This document shows, one piece after another, positions 1 through 11,952 of a stretch of 64,000 nt of DNA (position 1 is its first letter; every line of letters begins with the position of its first letter). Where the stretch lies: contig NW_018403789.1 in assembly GCF_002113885.1 (NCBI RefSeq), forward strand, positions 983,570-1,047,569, written 5' to 3'. The DNA comes from Mizuhopecten yessoensis (Eukaryota). The notes beneath the pieces are model-generated. The model did not search any database, had not been told where the DNA came from, and saw only the letters and a program-made list of their open reading frames with translations. The position numbers and the translations under genes were made by a program.

Positions 1-222
1 ATTGTACAGATATAGGCGTGTTGTTCTCCCATCCACTGGTGATACCGGGCTACATGTCATTTTGTAAACTAAAACATTGTTCAGATATAGGCGTGTTGTT
101 CTCCCATCCACCGGTGATACCGGGCTACATGTCAGTTTGTAAACTAAGGCATTGCACAGATATAGGCGTGCTGTTCCCCCATTCACTGGTGATACCAGGC
201 TGCGTGCCAGTGTCGGCTAAAT
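1..222. repeat. 75-bp tandem repeat, ~3 copies, cut by the window edge
   Basis: Unit ATTGTACAGATATAGGCGTGTTGTTCTCCCATCCAC... restarts at 1, 76 and 151. Confidence 0.9.
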
Positions 223-670
223 AAAATGGGTTATGAAATTTAACGAACAATCACCAAAGAAAACATCCGAGGTTGCGTGTTGATACTCACTTTGCACTGT
301 TTTGATATCTTTAAGTCTAGTTTATTGATTACAATGCGATAATTATTCTTGTAATAATGATGCATCGGTAGCTTTTCCCTCAAATAAAAATCAAATGCGC
401 ATGCGTGTCCGCCGCACCGTTTTCGCAGGCAATTTAATATCTACCCAATATGTGTAAGTTTGTTCTGTATGTCCTTGTTACATAACATTTGCTTTTGTAG
501 TCGTAATGATAATTTGGCCAAAAGTTATACAAGGACAAATTGGTTGGATGTAGCATTTTGTATTTAAATCTGAGCAAACCTCGGTTTTCACACAAAACTT
601 TGTACGTTTTTATACTAGTTCTTTCATTATTGATGATAAATATACATCTGTTTGTTTGTGTTAGTTGTAG

Positions 671-690
671 GTCACCTGGCCTTGACACAG
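671..690 (+). CDS. Candidate 20-nt microexon encoding the end of a signal peptide (xHLALTQ) of the integrin-beta-like gene
   Basis: TTGTAG acceptor at 665-670 and a consensus CAG|GTAAGT donor at 691. It ends in phase 0, matching the exon at 3383. The upstream start exon was not identified. Confidence 0.45.
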
Positions 691-869
691 GTAAGTGATT
701 ACTTTGTTTACATAAAAGACTCCAAATTAACACTAGTATAAATATATCATGGTGTAGGTTGTCTATATTAACAGGATAACGATGGCGTTATGACGTGACT
801 GTTAAGTAGCTTTATAAAATCAAATTGGTTTGATACAATGCCGCTCAGGTTTACAAGCCATTTTGTTGG

Positions 870-3085
870 TTCTGATACAATCCTACTTTGGTTGATATGT
901 CATTTAAGTTGTTCTAATTCTATCCTATTCTGGTTAACATGACATCGTAAGTGTTCTGATTCTATACCACTCTGGTTAACAGGACATTGTCGTAAGTGTT
1001 CTGATTCCATCCCCCTCTGGTTAACATGACATTGCAAGTGTTCTGATTCTATCCCATTCTGGTTAACATGACATCGTAAGTGTTCTGATTCTATCCCCCT
1101 TTGGTTAAATTGACATCGTCGTAAGTGTTCTGATTCTAACCCACTCTGGTTTACATGACATCGTAAGTGTTCTAATTATATCCTACTCTGGTTAACATGA
1201 CATTGCAAGTGTTCTGATTCTATCCCATTTTGGTTAACATGACATCGTAAGTGTTCTAATTATATCCTACTCTGGTTAACATGACATCGTAAGTGTTCTG
1301 ATTCTATCCCATTCTGGTTTACATGACATCGTAAATGTTCTGATTCTATCCCCCTTTGGTTAAATGGACATCGTCGTAAGTGTTCTGATTCTATCCCACT
1401 CTGGTTTACATGACATACAGTGTAGTAAGTGTTCTGATTATGTCCTACTCTGGTTAACATGACATCGTAAGTGTTCTGATTCTATCCTACTCTGGTTAAC
1501 ATGACATTGTAAGTGTTCTGATTCTATCCCANTATTTTTATAGTTCTGTTACAACCCCGCTCTAGTAAACATGACATTTTTATAGTTCTGATACAACCCC
1601 GCTCTGGTAAACATAACATTTTTGTTGTTCTGATACAGCCCCGCTCTGGTAAACATAACATTTTTGTAGTTCTGATACAACCCCGCTTTAGTAAACATGA
1701 CATTTTTATAGTTCTGATACAACCCCGCTCTAGTAAACATGACATTTTTGTTGTTCTGATACAACCCCGCTCTGGTAAACATGACATTTTTTATAGTTCT
1801 GATACAATCCCGCTCTAGTAAACATAACATTTTTGTAGTTCTGATACAACCCCGCTCTGGTAAACATGACATTTTTATAGTTCTGATACAACCCCGCTCT
1901 AGTAAACATGACATTTTTNNNNNNNNNNNNNNNNNNNNNNNNNNNNNNNNNNNNNNNNNNNNNNNNNNNNNNNNNNNNNNNNNNNNNNNNNNNNNNNNNN
2001 NNNNNNNNNNNNNNNNNNNNNNNNNNNNNNNNNNNNNNNNNNNNNNNNNNNNNNNNNNNNNNNNNNNNNNNNNNNNNNNNNNNNNNNNNNNNNNNNNNNN
2101 NNNNNNNNNNNNNNNNNNNNNNNNNNNNNNNNNNNNNNNNNNNNNNNNNNNNNNNNNNNNNNNNNNNNNNNNNNNNNNNNNNNNNNNNNNNNNNNNNNNN
2201 NNNNNNNNNNNNNNNNNNNNNNNNNNNNNNNNNNNNNNNNNNNNNNNNNNNNNNNNNNNNNNNNNNNNNNNNNNNNNNNNNNNNNNNNNNNNNNNNNNNN
2301 NNNNNNNNNNNNNNNNNNNNNNNNNNNNNNNNNNNNNNNNNNNNNNNNNNNNNNNNNNNNNNNNNNNNNNNNNNNNNNNNNNNNNNNNNNNNNNNNNNNN
2401 NNNNNNNNNNNNNNNNNNNNNNNNNNNNNNNNNNNNNNNNNNNNNNNNNNNNNNNNNNNNNNNNNNNNNNNNNNNNNNNNNNNNNNNNNNNNNNNNNNNN
2501 NNNNNNNNNNNNNNNNNNNNNNNNNNNNNNNNNNNNNNNNNNNNNNNNNNNNNNNNNNNNNNNNNNNNNNNNNNNNNNNNNNNNNNNNNNNNNNNNNNNN
2601 NNNNNNNNNNNNNNNNNNNNNNNNNNNNNNNNNNNNNNNNNNNNNNNNNNNNNNNNNNNNNNNNNNNNNNNNNNNNNNNNNNNNNNNNAAACCCCGCTCT
2701 AGTAAACATTACATTTTTGTAGTTCTAATACAATCCCGCTCTAGTAAACATGACATTGTTGTAGTTCTGATACAACCCCGCTCTAGTAAACATGACATTT
2801 GTGTTGTTCTAATACAACCACGCTCTAGTAAACATAACGTTTTTGTGGTTCTGATACAATCCCGGTGTAGTAAATATAATATTTGTGTAGTTCTGATAGA
2901 ACCCCGCTCCAGTTAACATAACATTTTTGCAGTTCTGATACAACCCCGCTCTGGTAAACATAACATTTTTGTAGGTCTGATACAACCCCGCTCTAGCAAA
3001 CATGACATTTTTGTAGTTCTAATACAACCCCGCTCTAGTAAACATGACATTTTTGTAGTTCTGATACAATCCTGCTCTAGAATCT
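870..3085. repeat. 42-bp satellite with two diverged sub-arrays, interrupted by an assembly gap
   Basis: Unit GTTCTGATTCTATCCCACTCTGGTTAACATGACATCGTAAGT at ~910-1530, then GTTCTGATACAACCCCGCTCTAGTAAACATGACATTTTTATA at 1535-3080. Confidence 0.95.
1919..2688. other. Assembly gap (770 N)
   Basis: Run of N with the same satellite on both sides. Confidence 1.
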
Positions 3086-3382
3086 GTCATCATGACCTTA
3101 CATTGATTCTTCTTTTTAAGTCCACCACAGTTGAGCATGAAATTTACAACGGATATATATGATTTTGTCAAATGTATCTCAACTTTCTCAACTATCTGGT
3201 CTATATTGAAATTATTTGAATCGTAAAAACGGTTCCCATCTTATCCAAAAAATCCCTGGTTAATAAGGTGAGAAGACTGATGTACCATGACGATTTCGTA
3301 ATATGTTTCATAGCAATTTTGTTTAAAAAATAGCACGTTTATTGATTTTGAAGATATAAATGTTTTTTTTCTTTTTGTTTAG

Positions 3383-3492
3383 ACTCCTCCTTGTCATGGG
3401 CACGGTACACTAAACATGGGTATGTGTGTCTGCGATCAAGGGTATATAGGTGTCAACTGCTCGTTAAGAGAGATAGACCAATGTAAAGCTTC
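3383..3492 (+). CDS. Integrin-beta-like gene exon A (I-EGF1 and start of I-EGF2): TPPCHGHGTLNMGMCVCDQGYIGVNCSLREIDQCKAS
   Basis: T-rich tract with TTTAG acceptor and GTAAGT donor; phases 0/2. Resembles the integrin beta I-EGF1 pattern C..GxGT..CG.C.C..G..G..C. Confidence 0.9.
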
Positions 3493-3584
3493 GTAAGTAT
3501 TATTAACAATATTACATATTATGGTATGTTTTTTTAATTCTGATTGACTAATCCTTGGTCTAAGGTTCGCCAATATATAGTATA

Positions 3585-4006
3585 TCCACCGTCACGATCA
3601 CTGCGGTCGGAGACGGAATTATTGTGTCCCAAAATCTCGTACAGTGACCTATGAAAACCGGTGCTTTGGGAGGGTTTCGGCCACGTTGTTGAGTAGTGGC
3701 TTACCATCTGCTACCCGGAAGTCTAAACCCTGGCCAAATGTAAGAAGGTATAAAGACCCACCTCTTCACTGCTGCATTTTAGGCTCTTTGCACAGACGTC
3801 ATGTACACATCACCCTTATATATTTATGTATATACATATTGAGATTAATATCTCCATACGTAATGTTAAAAGGTGATTTGTTTGCCTTTTATGTTATCTA
3901 TTTTCACTAAGACTATTATCCATGTGTTGTAAAGTGCTTTAGAATAATTTTATAAATAATATAGGGCGCTATATAAATATTGTTTATTATAATATCATTA
4001 TTATTA
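3585..4006 (+). mobile_element. 3' fragment of an L2-clade LINE
   Basis: Clearly similar to 36350-36580 (TGTCCCAAAATC..GTGACCTATGAAAACCGGTGCTTTG). Ends in an L2-type tail GTAAAGTGCTTTAGA...GGCGCTATATAAAT...(ATT)n. Confidence 0.75.
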
Positions 4007-4158
4007 AATAGACCCTATATTTCTATTTTTGTCTTACACGTAACCATAGCGACATCATGTTTCTAAATTATGATCCGGATATTTCCTACCATAAACCACC
4101 CATTGATTCTTACTATTTACATATGTAATATATCATGACATAATATGTAATATAACAA

Positions 4159-4419
4159 TTAAGGACTTTTGTCGAGTCTGGTACTTCGTTATATCAAACA
4201 GATAGAGTGATATCGACCGAGGACCTACAAGCATGCTTCCCCTGTGTCTCATGCTACGGGGACATTGGCTATTTGATAAATGTTGCGCTCATCGCACCTC
4301 TTCGGATTTTTTTATTTTTTTGTCTCAATTGCTCATTTTTATATCATTCTGTCAGTTTCATATAAAAACGTAACTACAGTTTCATATAACAGCGTAACTA
4401 CATCGACAAAAGTCCTTAA
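4159..4419. mobile_element. MITE with TTAA termini (Kolobok- or piggyBac-type target)
   Basis: TTAAGGACTTTTGTCGA at 4159 is the reverse complement of TCGACAAAAGTCCTTAA ending at 4419, with further imperfect subterminal pairing. Confidence 0.7.
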
Positions 4420-5597
4420 TGGATTAGGATACAGATAGAAAGCCAGATCCTATTGCACGTCATAAACGTCTTCTAAAAACAGAAACAAGAAATTAATACT
4501 TTTTCATGTTTTTTGCCTTTTTGTTGTTTTTTGTTATCTCGTTTTCCTTCTCTTAAATTGATTCAGCTCAGCAATTAAAAATGTCCTTTTATTTATTTCA
4601 AGATTTCATATTCGATGATATTATGTTGTAACGCATATTTCAAAAAAAGGATGTGAAACAGCCACCACAGTACTCAATTTTTATTTCAAAATATGCTAAA
4701 ACAGCCAAAATAATCCCATTTCTGTTTTTGGATGCATGTGTAAATTAAACAGGCATATATATAAGGATGAAAAATGACAGAAATTCGATCGCCACTTAAA
4801 GATTATCAAAATAAAACGGAGGATTAAGTCAGTGGATTGTTTAAGCTCATTTAGAAAACAGCAAATTATTTTGGTGATTTACCGTATCCCTTTTGGTTCC
4901 CCAAAAATCTACTTTCGGTCAAACGTTTGCCTTAGTTTTTGCGCATTTGATACAATAAGATATCGTTAAACAAATTAAGGAGGTGAAAATCCGGATATAC
5001 CGGGGCAAAAATGTATCTACTATCTACTGCTTACCTTTGTAAAAACCCTAAGTTACAGCACGATTTTCAGTATAAGATAGCACGAAAATTGTACAGTCAC
5101 CTAAAATTTAGAGAACAGCGTATACATGTGGCTCTATAGCTTTCCATTCGATTGTTATCGCTGTTTTTCTCTTTCATTTTCCTGCTTTAATCTACTGCTG
5201 TATATTTAAAAAAAACTCTTATTACTACATGTTATGTAAAACAAGAAAATGACAAAGATATCTTATATATTGACAATTGCGTTAAAGATCTATGGGTTCC
5301 CATTCGATTGTTATCGATACTTTTCCCTTTCATTTGCCAGCTTCATATCTACTGCTTTTCTACAACTGCTCCATACATGAAAGCAAAGTCACAGAGGTGT
5401 CAAACAAAAAAATACATGTTACACCATCCCTTCATAAAAAAACCGATAGAATATTATTTTGTATCATTATGTTATCAATAACCCTGTCTGTTCTCACGTT
5501 TTATGTAAGAATCAATAACGTTATCTATTTCTATGTAAAACGGCATTTGTTCTTGTGATTGATCTTTTTTGTAATTGCTATTTCTATCATTTGACAG

Positions 5598-5670
5598 GGG
5601 AGCCAACTCTGTCTGCTCGGGACACGGGGATTGTATAGATGGAATGTGTCTGTGTCAGTCTAGAGGCGAT
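5598..5670 (+). CDS. Integrin-beta-like exon B (I-EGF2): GANSVCSGHGDCIDGMCLCQSRGD
   Basis: TTGACAG acceptor and GTGAGT donor; phases 2/0; CSG.G.C..G.C.C motif. Confidence 0.92.
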
Positions 5671-6489
5671 GTGAGTAAAACCTACGTTAGACAGAACACT
5701 CCAGTCTCTCAAACGTCCATTTAAACTAATGTATAGCCAGATCTGATTATCTTTATTTTTACAGTTTAATTATGTTTCGTTTCAAAGAGCCCCTCCCCCC
5801 GTTTTAGAGAACGGAAATGTTCGGTCTAAAATTCAAGAATGCGTACATGTCTGTCCATATGTCTGTTACATGAATAATTTAATTTAGTTAAACATTCCAT
5901 TCAAAATCTAATGTAAAGAGTATATCGCATACATTGACTTAAACAGATAGTTACAGGATATGATTAGTCTTAAACGTTGTGTTTGAGGATTATTATTCCT
6001 TTTACACATTTTAGGGGTTTAGATCAACACTTGGTAAAAACAATCCCGAATGCAGGTCTTTGATATGTCCTCGTTTGTTGACATTCCCGTGTGTTTCTAG
6101 TTGTTTACGTCCTGTTAAAAGGATTTAAAAAACATATTAGTAGCGAGTCTGAACTGGGTCGATCATCGGTACCGACCTTGTGAGAACGCCTGTCTAATAC
6201 TGTGGAGGTCTCGTGTTCCGTTTCGATTCTGGCTGCATTTTCCTACTATTGTGATACGTGAACGTGGCGTTGACGGGTTTCCTATGCAAACTGAGAATAT
6301 ACATTTATGTACCCACAGTAGTGAAATTTTGAAAGAAATGTGACATTTTTTTGTGATTCGTTATGAATTACAGGATACAATTCATTCTGCATACGATTAT
6401 AAGATGGAGGTAACACACACACACCCACACACACAGGTGATATCACCTAAATAATTTGGTTAAAGATACAGTATGCCGAAAAATAAATG

Positions 6490-6538
6490 TTACTGCATGA
6501 TACATCCTATTCGTCCCTTAAGGACTCATCAGTGAAGC
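6490..6538 (-). ncRNA. Degenerate hammerhead-ribozyme-like core
   Basis: Minus strand reads CTGATGA-GTCC-TTAAG-GGAC-GAAT, i.e. core plus stem II with GAAA changed to GAAT. Stems I and III are poor. Confidence 0.35.
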
Positions 6539-8394
6539 TAAGAGCCAAACAAATAGAAATTCAACTTGTCTAAACTACTGTTGAAACAAAGTGGCGGGAA
6601 CGTTTAAGCCTTATATGAATTATTAAAATTAGATGAGTAGATAACAAATCTATAAACTTAAAATGATATTCAGTGTGGGACTTTCACTAACTTTGAGGTA
6701 AATAAATCACCAGGATTACATGAAAGTGAGAACATTCGTTATGTATATATATATATAACGGAAACATTAATATTGTCGACACGAACATTTCTACACCGCG
6801 AAAGAAAAGTTGAAATTACGAAAATGCGCGAGGAATACACTGGAGTATAACATGGATTTATATAACGTGCGGAGACATTGCTTCTATTTTGTACCTTTTG
6901 AAGTATAAGCTAACGATACCCCACTGTACTATATAAATGTAACGTCGTTCAAATGGGTTCTTAATAGTATTCTAGTCAGCCTCAGGTTTTGTTATAATTT
7001 CCTCAATATTCCTGTAGTTGCACTGCAGGATCATTGTCAAGTGCTAAATTTAACTACAGCAAATTAGATTTGTCTTGAAAAGCAAGTTTGGCAAAGGCAA
7101 GAGAACTGTATGGGTTTAAATGCTCTGACATAAAAAGCTGTACGCCTAGGATAGTTATGTACATTTAATGGGAAACGTTTAACGACTTCACACTTAATAC
7201 AAAATGTATTTGAAAAGAACAATGTTGCTGGAAGTTCGGTTGCCCGTTTCCTATAATTTGAATATAATGCTGCATTGACGAGTTATCCCCCTTGTGTGTC
7301 CTTGATCGACGTTATAATATATCATATCAAGGAACATACCTGTGTTATTTACTCGTTAATTCAAAATGTTCATAATAATGCAAATTAGCTATGAAATCGA
7401 TATTTCCTGATGTATATCTGGCGCGTTATTCTGATAGCGCTGGAAGTTATCGCGACATCATATCTAATATATACATATAAATCATATCACATAACTGTAA
7501 CATATTCCTTATCATTTAGCCGGAGAACCAAATATAAGGACGAAGGCTGTTACGGCTCGAGGGCTGATTCAAAGATGGGAATTTAACTCATGTCATATTC
7601 TACGTCCTGTATATTTCTGTTTTTTACACAAACAAGAAATGTATGACACAAGTACAGAAGTTTTCATTTTTCTTTCAATTACATTTAGTTCAAAACCCTT
7701 TTGTAATGTGATTATACGCTGAAAAAGAACAAGTCAGTGCTGTACTAAATTGTCAGTCTGATCAACAACCCTGTGCCTTTTACGAAGTCGATAATCACTT
7801 CCGCGTGCATTGGAACGACTAATGTTGACAATAATGTTTCCACTGTAGTGTGCGGTCTTGCTCATTTCTAAAAAACATCGATATATTTAAGAAATTAGGA
7901 TAAATAGTCATTCAGATGTAAAACTTTAAAGCATTGGAGTGACTTGTTCTACATTCCTAACAGTTTTTCAGAATCCGTATAATGTTGTATTGTTAACCAA
8001 CTATCACTTGTCATATCATGGGTATCCTTTAGACATGTGCATCATAGCCTCAAATCCAGCAATAGGTTTTGATAGTTATAATTACTTTTCTATTTTTATT
8101 TATGTGTAAGTTGTTATATGTGTTTATGAAATTGTATTTCTTTATTTTGCCTGATTTATTTGTTACATTGATTCTGTTCATTTTAAAATTACTCTACCAG
8201 GATGCATGTCATGAAATCTGTATAATTTATAATTTATTCAAATGCGGATCGATTTCTCAATTTACACGTTTACTTTTATAGGTAACACCCCTCCCCTTCA
8301 TCACCCCCACCCCCTCCCACCTCACATTTCCTTCCCCAACCTATCTTTTTCCCTTTCCCAAAAACCATATACACTATTTTTACAATATGTATTG

Positions 8395-8476
8395 AGGAGA
8401 GGACTCTATTAAGTTGTAATAACTTGTTGTCCGATCCATTTGTATATTTGTACAATAAAATATGTTTAAACTAAAA
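8395..8476 (+). mobile_element. Probable CR1-type LINE 3' terminus
   Basis: Stem-loop GGAC..AAGTTGTAATAACTTG..GTCC followed by AATAAAATATGTTTAAACTAAAA. Family assignment is from recall only. Confidence 0.4.
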
Positions 8477-9207
8477 CATGGATATCCCTACTTATTACTC
8501 TCTACGATACTCATGGATGAGTCCTCCCAATATCAATTGAATGACCCAACCTACGATTAGTGGCAATACTAAACATTCCCTTTTGTGGGCAAAAGATGTA
8601 AGCAGAACCATAATTGTAGACAGACTGAACATTTTTTTGTCCAGATAAGCACTGGTATACAAACATTGCTTTATAATTAAGTAATTGAACAGCTGTAGTT
8701 TCCCTAAAACTGTCGTTGACCTTTCTCCCATTGATTACCACCTTCTCAGACACGTGTCTTTTTACCGATCTCGTCGTCGAGTCTAATCCAGAGTTGTGGA
8801 CGCCAGATAATCCATTGTTTCTCCCCTGTTGCATGTCGTCTGCCTGGATCAACTTCTATCTACGTTGATTTATCGGTTGCTACACTTTATCATACAAGGC
8901 TAGAGATAAAACATATATAACGCTGTCAGGGCAAATACGGATATCTACCAAAGATGTGATGTCAAATTGGGCGAGGGTGATTAAATTATTTTATAATCGA
9001 AAATACAAAAATCACGTGCTTTATATGAAGTTCATGATAAAAGACGTCATCCAAACATCCATCAAACATTATCCTATTGTCTATTGTAAATACTAATATA
9101 AGTAAGAAATGAAATGTATTCGAAAAGTAGTCTTTTACGATTTTTTTTTGTTATCTTAAGGCTATTGATCTGATATCCGACTTTCAGATGCTGTCCTTAG
9201 AGGTAAG

Positions 9208-9540
9208 TATATGACGGTTTGATATCAGGACCTTTATCAGCCCGAGACCATGATATTTGCCCGAGTGCTGCAGGCCTGAGGTCTGATATCAGGTCAAGGG
9301 CTGATAAAGGGTGTGCTATCAAATAGTCACATCATAACCCTTTTATCATACTTTCGAAAAATCAGACAAAAATAAATAAATTTAACAAATGTTGTTGTTG
9401 TTGCTGCTGCTATCGTCTGTGCCGGAAACCGGAGCGTCTAAACGTAAAATTGTAATCCGGAGTGAAGTACCCGGATAGTGATATCTAGCCCGGGTTGGTG
9501 TAAACAACTGTTTATCAGCCCGGGCACTGCTATGACAGCG
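9208..9540. mobile_element. Non-autonomous DNA element with a long terminal hairpin
   Basis: ~125-nt imperfect palindrome (TTTGATATC..CCTTTATCAGCCC ... GGGCTGATAAAGG..TATCAAA) and a third TTTATCAGCCC at ~9511. Confidence 0.55.
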
Positions 9541-11274
9541 CAAACAACACCTGTATTACATGGGCGAAATGTATATTATTAGAGACAAAAATGTGAAAAT
9601 GATATCCATCAGATGCTATGCTAATATTTAGGTATCTATGAGACACCATCTTGATATAAACAGTCAAACTGCGATGTTTTGAACCTGCGGGACTTTCGGC
9701 AACAATTCGAAACATCGGGACTTCGACTCACAAATATTGAACATCGATCAATCCTGTAAATGAGACTGAGAATGATTCTTATGTTACGAAACTCAAGCGA
9801 AGAAATTAAGTTTTCAATGTATAAATATTCATTTACAGAAATAATAATAGCCTGTTTATTAACATACTGTAGTTTGCGCTGTGATATTATCAAATTCAAA
9901 TAGTTTGTTTGTCAATTAAATTTCCGAAGCCTGAACTCCGTGTTGATGTGGTCTATCACGTGCGCCATGTTGCTGAGAGTGATTCCCGTGGGCCGTTTAA
10001 TTTCGAAAATGTTATGTATTGCAATCAATTTTATTTTTAAAAAGTCACACAATTAAGCTTATAGCATCATAAACCAATAAACATACATTCAATTCGTACA
10101 TACCATTTTCTTTGACATTGGCCTATGTTTACGATTGAAGAGTACTGATCAACGCTTATCGATTATCACTTTGTGTCATATATACTTCACACCGCTGTAT
10201 TTAAGTGTAACAATAGTGACTAAATCATTCATACCAAGTTGTGTCAGCATGGTCGCCAGTACTTTTCACTTGATGTCCGTGAAGGTGTAGAAATTACCAT
10301 GGGACATTAAATTGTTCTCGTACGGGTACATTGTTGACTTCGACTTATAAGTTCTAATTTCGAGTGTTTACTTCGAAAAAGAGAGAAATCCGATTCATTA
10401 AACGTGTAATATAAGGGAATCATTAGGACTTTGCCGTAGTCTTAGAAATTCGATATATGGAAATTTGACTGAATCAGATGTTGTACACACTTCTTTAGCA
10501 CGCTGTCCGGGTATCCACAAGACCTCAGTGATGTATTCTGTGTATATTGAACCTCTCGTCGCAAGGAATTCTACCTAACATTGGTCCTTTGGTTATAATT
10601 TATAAGGTTTCTATCGATAACATTATGGTACGAACTATTTGTTCACTTGTTGTGCTGTGCCAGTTTTATCATACAAATGGTAACTGATTACAGAAAATGC
10701 CTCCCGTTTTATACTGAATATTGTCAAATACATACTACTCGTACACAGTGTTGCTAACATAGCCAGCATGGTTACTATTCTAGCATCGGCAGACGGATAG
10801 ATTTTCCGGAGACAGTAGAGAATGCAATAGTAATTAAGTTGTCTGTTGTTTTCTATGTACAATGTGTGCAATCATTGTGGTTCTTAACGCAATGCCAGTC
10901 TGGCTCGAACTTAATTCACAACAATTGCTACAAATCCAAACATAGATTATTCTCTAAAATATCCAACAACCCCCCAGACCAAATAAAGACATGTTAGAAA
11001 GATACTTAACTCATAGCTTTCTTAAGTTAAATATTATATTTCAAACTCACCAATTTCCCCCTCCCCCCCCAAAAAAAAATACCCCAACAAGCCCACATAT
11101 ATACATACGTACAAACAAAATAAATCCAAATGTTAGAAAGATAATTCAGTTGTTTTTATCACATCATTTGTTTCTTTTTTTAACTGTAACAGACATCATA
11201 TGTATGGCATAGTTAAGTAAAACATGTATCCGGAATGGTGCCAAAGTAATCTAAACCGGCAACCCATCTTTATG

Positions 11275-11952
11275 ATTGGTCGGTTAGTTATCAAGGTTTT
11301 ACGTCCTATCAACAGCTAAACTCATTAAAGGATGTGCCTCAATGTGTGTTAGTGTGCTAGAGGCAGGGTATGTTGGTGTATTTGTCTCCTTGTGATAGCG
11401 CTGATCTGATGCCGACTTTATAGTGCTATATCACTAAGGATAAAGACTAATAATTTCTATAGTTGCATGGTCGGTGCCATGCAGAAAGCACACCGAGCCA
11501 TGCAGAAGGCACACCGAAAAATGAAGAAGGCACCGAGCACAGCATTACTCTCGGCCACATCATACTGACAACAGGTGAACAAGTTGTTGCCATTACCCTA
11601 AATGCTGAACGTTCAGCATGGAATAACAACTACCATTTTTTTTTGTCTCGGCTTTGGGACAGAACCTATTACCTACCTCACTAGGGCGCACGTTCAAAAT
11701 TATAACCAAAGTAAGGTATTGATAAGTAAGTCACTAGGAAATAACACGTCGTTAGAAGTAGAAAGAAATATCAAGATCCCTAAAATTGCAATGTGTGCAG
11801 CAGATTTATTTTGGTCGCTTTCGTGTCCTATAGTAGGGGGCACGAAAGCAAATCCCCATTTCCGTTGGAGAGTTCACTCATTAGTCTCCTCTTACGATAC
11901 GTTTAGGTAACGGCAAGGTGTATTCCTTTCTTGATCACCGACCTGTATGGAG
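11275..11952 (-). mobile_element. Composite tRNA-derived SINE (family A) with a 5' structured extension
   Basis: Homologous over its whole length to 13768-14350, and in the SINE part to the plus-strand copy at 59415-59760 (central GTTGTCAGTA(T)AATGTGACC.. and GCACTATAAAG; tail ..TTGATAGGACGT(T/A)AA). Confidence 0.75.

Noticed and set aside
450-459. ATGT|GTAAGT as the first coding exon
   Set aside because: Joined to 671 it gives only MCHLALTQ, too short for a signal peptide. It could still be a non-coding exon donor.
1549-2722. ORFs of 264-386 aa
   Set aside because: They consist of the N gap plus satellite.
8511-8852. 113-aa minus-strand ORF as a nested gene
   Set aside because: No recognisable domain and no convincing splice partners; it cannot be supported without a search.
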